Source: Octopus sinensis (lineage: Eukaryota). Taken from it: a DNA stretch of 6,754 nucleotides. The translations under genes were made by a program, and so were the position numbers. Where the stretch lies: contig NW_021829248.1 in the NCBI RefSeq assembly GCF_006345805.1, forward strand, positions 1 to 6,754, given 5' to 3'. Shown one piece after another: positions 1 through 6,584 of the stretch (within the stretch, counting starts at the first letter, position 1; each line of letters begins with the position of its first letter). Below the pieces are notes generated by a model. That model was not told where the DNA came from. It was given only the letters and a program-made list of their open reading frames with translations, and made no database searches.

Positions 1-600
1 TGCCTTTGTGATCCCACCAAACACAAAGCATATCTTTTTCGGTGTGGATATTCGTCTTTGGCAGCTGTTTTAGGGATCATCACGCAAATACCAGGATCTT
101 TTAGGCACAACGTTTTCGTACACAATCCAGTTTTCTTCTCCAGTCACAAGTTTCTTAAAAAAGCATGCTTCATTTCGTTTCAAAAACATATTACAAATGG
201 AATACCAGTCCAAGCAATTCTTTTCTCAGATCTGTGGGGGACCCATACATTATAACGAGAAATGCATCCTAGCTTCCCTAGGTGTTCCTGAGCTGTACTT
301 ATAGAAACTTCCAATTCCTCTGCAAGTTCTCTAGTCGTGATATTTGAGCTCTCTTCGAAGTTTGCCTTCAAAACATCTTCATCCAATGTTGAAGGTCTTC
401 CACTGCGGCCGTCATCTTTCAAGCTAAACTCTCCAGCTTCAAATTTTGCAAACCACCTTCGAATCGTTGATTCACCTACAACATGGTCACAATTAAACTT
501 CGCAAATGTTTTTGAAAGTCTTTGCAGAATTTTGCCCTTTTTTTTTTTAAAAAGAAAAGCATTATAATGGGAATATAAAGTTTTCGGTTATCTAATCCGA
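1..600 (-). pseudogene. Disrupted mariner transposase coding sequence (includes ORF 180..422); start position approximate
   Basis: In-frame stops and several frameshifts. The first catalytic Asp of TGDEKW reads Glu (TGEENW). Confidence 0.88.
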
Positions 601-777
601 ATGTCAATAAAGGGTAACCGGAATGAAATATAAATCTATTTTTAGCCAGGAACAAAGAATAGGGGCACTACCACTTCAAGCAACGCCAAAGTTTCGATTG
701 TGTTACGTTTCAGGTGTGTTCAATGAAGCGTTAAAAGATTTAGCTTAAACACCCCCACAACTTTCCGGACAACCTAG
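1..777 (-). mobile_element. Mariner (Tc1/mariner superfamily) DNA transposon, degraded 5' part, cut by the window edge
   Basis: Minus-strand translation across frameshifts and stops gives mariner motifs: HTH region STIRRWFAKFEAGEFSLKDDGRSGRP, TTRELAEELEVS, WVPH, then KKLVTGEENWIVYEN (TGDEKW motif, 127-147) and KKDMLCVWWDHKG. A mariner-like terminus (minus strand CTAGGTTGTCCGGAAAG, ending at 777) is flanked by TA at 778-779, the Tc1/mariner target dinucleotide. The partner TIR is outside the window. Confidence 0.93.
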
Positions 778-779
778 TA
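751..779 (-). repeat. Putative mariner terminal inverted repeat (single end) plus TA target site
   Basis: The minus strand reads TA|CTAGGTTGTCCGGAAAGTTGTGGGGGT, upstream of the transposase. It resembles the TAGGTTG-type start of mariner TIRs. It cannot be confirmed without the other end. Confidence 0.65.
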
Positions 780-976
780 TACGCACAAGGTGCATGGAGG
801 ACGGTTTAAAAAAGAAAAACATGACATATATTGATGAGAGATCTAGAAGCATTTAGGAAAGATTAAATGTACATTTGAGACTTATGAAAACAAAAAATAA
901 ACAGTCCTCCATATTCTACCAGCATGCCCAAAAAACCGAACTGAAGGTACACTAGGCCGACTTCACACCCGCATTT

Positions 977-1588
977 TATCACAATGAATTACTCCTTTGA
1001 TATCCCACCATACACTCAACATGATCTTCTTTGTAGGATGTCCTGCTCTCGGTTGTTGAACTGGCCATCCTCCTCGATGGTCCAAGAAAACGACAGCGTT
1101 TAACATTATGTTAAAGAATCCACTTCTCATTACATGTAACGAGCCTGTCTAAATATGTTGCTTGAAAGTATCGCGAAAGCAATGATTGGCCACAAGCAGC
1201 ATGCTGTTGTTGATTCTCTGGAGACAGCTCCTGAGGGACCCATTTTCCAGCCACTGAAACCTGCCCAACGTGTTTTAGCTGGCGTACCCCAATTGTATGG
1301 GCCATGTTTAACTGTTCTGCAAGTTCCCTAGTGGTAACGGTAAAGTTCTCTGAAACAAGAGCTTCCAACATTTTGGAATCAAATTTTTTTGAATGACCCC
1401 CTTTTGGCTCTTCTTTAAAAAGGAAACCACCACTTTGGAAACGGGAAAACTACCTCTTGCAATTTCTTTCATTCCCTAGATCATCCCCATAACTGCTCTG
1501 AATAGATCTTGCTGCCGCACTTGCGTTACCACCTTTATAAACTCGATGAGTAAACCATTTCCTATGTGACCTTAGATGGGACAAACAT
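977..1588 (-). pseudogene. Second mariner transposase fragment, different subfamily, disrupted (includes ORF 1111..1371)
   Basis: Minus strand from ATG at 1588: MFVPSK/HIGNGLLIEF/KGGNASAAARSIQSSYGDD...R*FSRFQSGGFLFKEEPKRG, TTRELAEQL, KWVPQELS, LDRLVTCNEKWIL* (TCDEKW motif with D>N, 1120-1140), KKIMLSVWWDIKGVIHCD. Homology is lost near 977 and no TIR was recognised. Confidence 0.92.
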
Positions 1589-1627
1589 GGTGGTAAAGGT
1601 TTCTGAGAATTATGGCCAGAAGTTAGA

Positions 1628-1943
1628 TAAGCCCAGTACTTATTCTATCGGTCCCTTTTTCCGAACCGCTGAGCAACGGGGACATAAACATACCAGGATC
1701 GGTTGTCAAGCAATGCTAGGGGAACAAATACAGACACACATACACACACACGCATATATACATATATACATATATACGACAGGTTTCTTTTCAGTTTCCG
1801 TCTACCAAATCCACTCACAAGGCTTTGGTCGGCCCGAGGCTATAGTAGAAGACACTTGCCCAAGGTGCCACGCAGTGTGACTGAACCCTGAACCATGTGG
1901 TTGGTAAACAGGATACTTACCACACAGCCACTCCTGCGCCTAT
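1628..1943 (-). mobile_element. tRNA-derived SINE (octopus-type), better-preserved copy, 3'-truncated
   Basis: The minus-strand head GGCGCAGGAGTGGCTGTGTGGTAAG has a Pol III A-box (1920-1930) and a B-box-like GGTTCAGTCAC (1877-1887). These are followed by GGCACCTTGGGCAAGTG (CORE-like segment), an internal TA/TG microsatellite and a tail ending GATAGAATAAGTACTGGGCTTA. It matches my recollection of the abundant Octopus SINE, not database-checked. A second homologous copy lies next to it. Confidence 0.88.
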
Positions 1944-2203
1944 CAATATCTTTTGCTTAACCATTAACTGATGGGCTCGTAAACAAACCTGCACCGGTTG
2001 CCAAGCGGTAGCTTAAGCGGGGTAGCACACATAGACACACAGATATATACATACTTAAATACAACGGAATTCTTTCAGTTTCTATCTACTAATTCCATTT
2101 AAAAGGTTTTGGTCACCCCGAGTGTAGAGTAGAGGACAACCACCAATGTGTCATGCAATGGGACTAAATTCGCAAGCATGTCGCTGCGAAGCAAGTTTTC
2201 CAT
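1942..2203 (-). mobile_element. Older, more diverged copy of the same SINE family
   Basis: Collinear with the 1628-1943 copy. For example TTCTTTCAGTTTCTATCTACTAATTCC vs TTCTTTTCAGTTTCCGTCTACCAAATCC, GGTTTTGGTCACCCCGAG vs GGCTTTGGTCGGCCCGAG, and CCGGTTGCCAAGC vs TCGGTTGTCAAGC. The Pol III boxes are decayed. Confidence 0.8.
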
Positions 2204-2220
2204 ATATAGAAATAGACAGG

Positions 2221-2224
<4 letters not shown>

Positions 2225-2267
<43 letters not shown>

Positions 2268-2289
2268 TATATATATATATATATATATA
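2225..2289. repeat. Compound microsatellite (CA)20 then (TA)11
   Basis: Read directly: CA run 2225-2264 and TA run 2268-2289, which abuts the PLE terminus at 2291. Confidence 0.97.
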
Positions 2290-2290
2290 C

Positions 2291-2390
2291 GCGAGAAAGA
2301 AGCAACAAGAATGGATAGGTTTTTAGTACAATCGTTTCATACAAGGACAGGCTTTATTAAAAGTTGCAAAAATTGCAGCATATAAACGTG
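2291..2390 (+). repeat. Left arm of 100-bp inverted repeat (partner 4575-4674)
   Basis: It is the reverse complement of 4575-4674 at 98/100 positions, with differences at 2318 and 2369. Confidence 0.97.
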
Positions 2391-2411
2391 TCCCGTACTC
2401 ATCAGCTAAAA
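2321..2411 (-). ncRNA. Type I minimal hammerhead ribozyme
   Basis: Minus strand: stem I TTTTAG (2411-2406) / CTAAAA (2326-2321); core CTGATGA (2405-2399); stem II GTACGGGACA / TGTCCTTGTAT (about 10 bp, one bulge, two G.U); GAAA (2338-2335); stem III AC-GATT-GT; cleavage triplet GUA, predicted cut between 2327 and 2326. Confidence 0.88.
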
Positions 2412-2563
2412 TACATGTGAGTTCTCTAGACAGCCTAGTAGTTGAGGCTATACTCATGAAGTAATGTAGATAATTAAGTAACATAAACAGATTTCCAAAG
2501 TTCATTAAAGTTCTTTAAAGATGATGTACAGTCTTATCACAGAATCTTAAAAAAGTTTTAATA

Positions 2564-2850
2564 GCATCACAGAGAAGGTGACTTAATCCATAGTGTACAT
2601 ATGAATTTCCAGAGATATGAGGAGGGATTACATACTCACAGACGACAAATTTATCCATTGCTAATCACAACGAGGTGGGTCTCAATTCCTGCTTATTAGC
2701 ATTACAGAGAGGGTGAATTAATCCTTTGTATAGATGCACAATTTCCAATGGTGTAGATGTAAATTTCCAGAGAAATGAAGAGGAATTTCATATTCACAGG
2801 CGATAAATTTATCAATGGTTGAACACAATGAGGTAGGTATCAATTCTTGC
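2564..2850. repeat. Diverged tandem duplication (units ~2564-2698 and ~2699-2850) inside the PLE 3' region
   Basis: GCATCACAGAGAAGGTGACTTAATCC vs GCATTACAGAGAGGGTGAATTAATCC, and CACAACGAGGTGGGTCTCAATTCCTGC vs CACAATGAGGTAGGTATCAATTCTTGC. The offset changes from 135 to 158 nt, so unit 2 has about 23 extra nt. Confidence 0.9.
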
Positions 2851-2940
2851 TATATGATTAGGTATTTGCCACATTAATCACATTACTGCTATTTACAAGA
2901 GACTGTAGCTATTTAACTTTTAAAGGCTGAAGGGCTTTCT

Positions 2941-3142
2941 AGAGAGGCCAAGAACAGAAAAGGGAAGGAAAGAGAAGAAAAGAGAGAAAATAAAGGAGGA
3001 GGGAGCAAAAGGTGGGGGGGCTAAAAGAGAAGAGAAAATGAAAAAGAAAAAAAGAAAAAGAGAATAAGAAGAAGAAAAAGAAAAAAGAGAAAAGAGAAAG
3101 AAATAGGGAAAGAAGGGAAAAACGAAAAAGAAAAAAAGAGGG
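2941..3142. repeat. ~200-nt purine-rich (GA) low-complexity tract
   Basis: Almost only A/G on the + strand, hence a polypyrimidine tract on the PLE sense strand. Confidence 0.92.
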
Positions 3143-3894
3143 TTCTAGTTATACAGAAGAATTAGTAGACGGCAAGTCTGGTTTTAATTTACAGGCATCT
3201 AGGAACTAGAGGAGAATATTATTCTTTGACCAGTAAAACAGCTAATTTATTGCTGTTGAAAGCAGCTATGAATTTAAAGAGAATCTAAGAGATAACACGG
3301 TCAGGGGTTTAGGGGTCAAGGCTAAAATCAAAGAAAATACATTAGGAAAATCTAAGTATAATCTTATCAAAAAGTCATTAAAATTTATTATTTAATTTAT
3401 TCATTTTACTGTCTTAAGGAGTTGCCGTTATTATTCATACATTGACGGACTACAGGTCAAATCTTAGAAGATCATTTACAAGTGTTAGGGATTGTCTATC
3501 ATAATGAAGATATCATATTATTACCGAGGGAGTAGCCTTATTTATTTAATTTTGAAATAGAATTATGGGGCTTTAGTAACTCATTTTATTTTATTAAAGT
3601 TATGCTACTCAAATTAGATTAAGTTAAGAATTAAAATAAAATTAAAATTTAGATTTAAAATTAAGATTTAAAATTATGAGTTTGAAATTAAATAAAGCCT
3701 CAATTAAGCAGCGTATAAGTACTATTCATTTCCCTGTTCTCAAAAAACTGATGCAGATATAAGGAAAAAGATAACTGTAGTGTGAGAACTCTTAGTTATC
3801 TACTTAAAGCAGTGCTATACTAGTAAAAATCAAGTTATATCTATCTATCTATCTAGTTACGAATATTCTAATCATTTAAAATATTTTAAAGTCT

Positions 3895-4539
3895 TCAATT
3901 TAGCGTGGACCAAACTTGACCTAGTTCGATATGGTTATTCAATAAGTTTCTATGTTTTCTATGCTTTAGAATTTCATACGTCTCCATGGAGCATAGTTGG
4001 CAACCAACCCTGCTATTTTTATACGGAATTGCTCTCCTAACTATTTCCCAATTAAGGTTATAATTATTATTATTATTTTTGAGTTCCCAGATTTTGTTTG
4101 AAAGTGTGGTGGTACCAGCTTTATGACGTAATTTAAAAGACGAGATGTGATTTCTAACTCTGGCTAGAAAATTAATTGTACATCCAATGTAGAAATATTT
4201 GTTATTCTCCGTGGATATGGTACATTTATAGATTACATTATTTTGCCCGCATAGACCAGGTGCCGGGCATTTTGATTTTATTCTACACTTACACACAGGA
4301 GGAACAACTTCAGGTTTTGGATTATTCTTGGGTAGATGTCTTAGGTTCCTATTATTTTGATTATCATGAGTATAATTGTCCTTATTGTTATTAATATTTC
4401 TATAGTTGGTTCTGATATCTAAAGTATTGCTATTATTTATTGATCCTTCTGTTTCATCTTTTAGGTCTAAAGTCCTACCATGATTTCTTATATTATTGGT
4501 AATGTTACTATTATTGTTAGTCTTTTTATCCGACTGCAT
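3895..4539 (-). CDS. PLE GIY-YIG endonuclease with Asn-rich linker; probably the C-terminal remnant of an RT-EN polyprotein
   Basis: 214-aa ORF. It contains CKC-x5-C-x5-C (83-97), VIY (102-104) and YIG (117-119), the ARVRNH helix (R127/R129, H131), LSNKIWELK, W164, CQLC (180-183), a putative catalytic E186 and LLN201. Residues 1-80 contain 22 Asn. The frame is open for 33 more codons upstream without Met, into the inverted repeat, so M1 is probably internal. Confidence 0.88.
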   Translation of the reverse strand: MQSDKKTNNNSNITNNIRNHGRTLDLKDETEGSINNSNTLDIRTNYRNINNNKDNYTHDNQNNRNLRHLPKNNPKPEVVPPVCKCRIKSKCPAPGLCGQNNVIYKCTISTENNKYFYIGCTINFLARVRNHISSFKLRHKAGTTTLSNKIWELKNNNNNYNLNWEIVRRAIPYKNSRVGCQLCSMETYEILKHRKHRNLLNNHIELGQVWSTLN

Positions 4540-4574
4540 AGTGTTGTTATAGATATCACTGATATTTTCATTCT

Positions 4575-4674
4575 CACGTTTATATGCTGCAATTTGTGCA
4601 ACTTTTAATAAAGCCTGTCCTTGTATGAAACGATTGTACTAAAAACATATCCATTCTTGTTGCTTCTTTCTCGC
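4575..4674 (+). repeat. Right arm of 100-bp inverted repeat (inverted partial pLTR; 3' half of the hammerhead only)
   Basis: The + strand carries GAAAC-GATT-GTA-CTAAAA (4627-4644) but not CTGATGA, because the junction at 4574/4575 cuts inside the 5' strand of stem II. Confidence 0.95.
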
Positions 4675-4799
4675 TTATAATCACCCCACATTACTGTATT
4701 GTTAAAACCGTATAGTTTTTTTTGGTGCATCTAAGTTAGGTACCATATTCAAGTAAATTCATTTAAATTAACTTGAATCTTTATTGCTTTTTGTATATC

Positions 4800-4826
4800 T
4801 ATATATATATATATATATATATATAT
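4800..4826. repeat. (TA)13 microsatellite between the two inverted-end elements
   Basis: Read directly. Confidence 0.97.
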
Positions 4827-4900
4827 CTTGGTAAAAAATGTAAGATAAGAAAAGAAAGAAAGAGATCTCAATATTATGTTAATAGAGGAAATTTATCTAT

Positions 4901-5112
4901 AAAATAATATGTTACATTTACTCAATAGTCAAGAAAAAACTCTGAGTTTCAGATGCCGAAGTGGAGATCCACAACACCATCTCTTCGGTTATTTTTTCAT
5001 AGCGTTTTTCAGATGGCCAGATAACCGAAGAGATGGTGTTGTGGATTTCCACTTCGGCATCTGGAACTCAGAGTTTTATCTTGACTATTGAGTAAATGTA
5101 ACATATTATTTT
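4901..5112. mobile_element. Fold-back element: 92-bp inverted arms (4901-4992 / 5021-5112) with a 28-nt spacer; probably an extremely truncated inverted PLE pLTR, alternatively MITE-like
   Basis: The arms are reverse complements at 89/92 positions (mismatches 4935/5078, 4949/5064, 4966/5047). Each arm contains a hammerhead-like motif. TA-rich repeats lie on both sides, and there is no clean TA target-site duplication. Confidence 0.8.
5019..5081 (+). ncRNA. Degenerate type I hammerhead-like motif (mirror copy on the - strand at ~4994-4932)
   Basis: Stem I AGATAA (5019-5024) / TTATCT (5076-5081); core CCGAAGA (5025-5031, U4>C); stem II G.U plus ATG/CAT with inner GTGG/CCAC; GGAA (5063-5066), which is intact GAAA in the mirror copy at 4950-4947; stem III ACT-CAG-AGT; H17=U. 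Confidence 0.68.
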
Positions 5113-5159
5113 TAATATATATATATATTATACATACATATAAATATATATATATATAT

Positions 5160-5230
<71 letters not shown>

Positions 5231-5297
5231 TACATATATATGTATGTATGTGTGTGTGTGTCTGTGTCTGTGTGTCTGTGTGTTTCTGTGTATATAT
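5113..5297. repeat. Compound TA / TG / TCTG microsatellite region
   Basis: Read directly. Confidence 0.95.
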
Positions 5298-5620
5298 AAT
5301 TTCCTACTACATACTTTATTTTTTATATTTCTTGTGTTACCTTTACTATGATTCAAAGCAACCGCATTATCGTTTAGCGCAATGAAGTTTCGTGTTAATT
5401 ATCGAAGTTGCAATTGTTATACTGGACCGGGTCTTACGAAGCTTGTTGGCTGTAATAAAGCCAGATCAGGGAATTTAGGAACAGCCAAAAACGAATTAAA
5501 TGTTACAGAATTTATTTTGGATTTATTAAATACTTTCTTATACGACAGTCACGATTATGCGTTGAAGACAAAATAAGTTTTCACTCATTTGATGAGCGGC
5601 ACTTCAGGAGCAATTAACAT

Positions 5621-5622
<2 letters not shown>

Positions 5623-5652
<30 letters not shown>
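5623..5652. repeat. (GT)15 microsatellite
   Basis: Read directly. Confidence 0.97.
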
Positions 5653-5654
<2 letters not shown>

Positions 5655-6015
5655 CACGTTCTCTCTATCTTGGTAGTCATGGTGCAATACTAATAAATGA
5701 CCACTGAAACAAAAATATATCAATTTATTTGAAAGCTAGAAAAAGCAAAATGCTGTAATTAAAATGTTGGTAGAGGAGGAGTGTGAGAAAATGAATACAG
5801 AATGAAAGGAAGAAGATTAATTTAAGCCACAGCACAGGAAGTTATGAAATGACAGCCATGGAAACAGCTTTATGGTGGTGACATCGAGCGGATAAATGGG
5901 TGCGTAGCAATGGGATTTGGGAAATAATCCCAGGCACTCATTTATAACTTTCATGGGTTGTTAAGGAAAGTATGAACCCACTCTCATATAAGTATGTACG
6001 GGTGCATGTGTAGTC

Positions 6016-6100
6016 ATGTATGTACATATATATATACGTATATATGTATATACATACATACTTATATATATATTTATGTATATATGTATATATATATACG

Positions 6101-6146
<46 letters not shown>
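6016..6146. repeat. Imperfect then perfect (TA)n microsatellite
   Basis: Read directly. Confidence 0.95.
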
Positions 6147-6147
<1 letters not shown>

Positions 6148-6235
6148 TAAGCAATAAGGGTTCAGCAACGAATTGCCTTACCACATACCGAATTTAGAAA
6201 TAGCAGTCAAAGGTTTATAGCTATTTCTCTACTAA

Positions 6236-6281
6236 ATATATATATATATATATATATACGTATATATATATATATATATAT

Positions 6282-6313
<32 letters not shown>
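6236..6313. repeat. Imperfect (TA)n microsatellite
   Basis: Read directly. Confidence 0.95.
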
Positions 6314-6314
<1 letters not shown>

Positions 6315-6584
6315 GGTGTGTGTGATTGTGTATAGAAGATATATTAATAAAAAGAATTCCAACCTTGTCTGATTTTCACGTTTTATTTACAATCTTATAA
6401 TGATATATTATAAGATAATATATTATAATTGAATAAAATAAAATGAAATAGTAGAATGTTAAATATTCATTCTGATTGAACTAGTACTTTCATGCATTGA
6501 ATTCTGCAATCTTCGGGTTCATGTAGTAGTGTTGACAGTCATGCTTCACAATTTTTGACTGTAGCAAGATGATTGATTCTGTGC

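Larger units (their letters stand above)
2291..4674 (-). mobile_element. 5'-truncated Penelope-like retroelement (endonuclease-positive type) with inverted partial pseudo-LTR
   Basis: It has a C-terminal GIY-YIG endonuclease ORF, about 1.6 kb of 3' non-coding region ending in a hammerhead motif, a 100-bp inverted copy of the 3' end at the 5' junction, and sits next to (TA)n. Inverted pLTRs, hammerheads and microsatellite bias are established PLE traits. Confidence 0.88.

Noticed and set aside
58-567. + strand ORFs 58..255 and 337..567
   Set aside because: Antisense shadows of the mariner transposase, with no recognisable motif.
830-870. TTGATGA...GGAAAG resembling a hammerhead core
   Set aside because: The core starts with U rather than C, and no stem I, II or III pairing could be built.
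1877-1943. tRNA gene suggested by A/B boxes
   Set aside because: No cloverleaf, and it continues into a SINE body, so it is a tRNA-derived SINE head.
1566-2385. ORFs 1566..1880, 1703..1891 and 2146..2385
   Set aside because: They run through SINE and CA/TA microsatellites (HT and YI repeats) and are artefacts.
2323-2505. - strand 60-aa ORF at the PLE 3' end as a possible N-terminus of a tandem PLE ORF
   Set aside because: It overlaps the ribozyme, ends in a stop inside it, and has no PLE-like residues.
3305-3490. TTAGGG-like words (TTTAGGGG near 3308, GTTAGGG near 3484)
   Set aside because: Isolated single units, not a telomeric array.
3651-3676. 13-bp tandem repeat AGATTTAAAATTA x2, with (TATC)n near 3838-3855
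   Set aside because: Expected slippage products in very AT-rich DNA.
4176-4394. + strand 72-aa ORF
   Set aside because: Antisense to the GIY-YIG ORF, with no motif.
2291-4674. Interpretation as a TIR DNA transposon
   Set aside because: No DDE transposase or clear TSD. The repeat is part of a hammerhead-bearing PLE 3' end and the ORF is GIY-YIG.
4901-5112. ORF 4909..5091, or a pre-miRNA, within the fold-back
   Set aside because: The ORF is an incidental reading of the palindrome. The 92-bp near-perfect stem is longer and more perfect than typical animal pre-miRNAs and is better explained by a recent inversion.
5382-5576. + strand 64-aa ORF MKFRVNYRSCNC...
   Set aside because: Short, with no recognisable domain or splice context. 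It cannot be excluded as an exon but is unsupported.
5584-5596. CTCAT-TTG-ATGAG hairpin with TGATGA
   Set aside because: Not CTGATGA, and no GAAA or stem arrangement. A chance 5-bp palindrome.
5159-6197. ORFs 5159..5356, 5938..6168 and 5994..6197
   Set aside because: Translations of (TA)n and (TG)n microsatellites.
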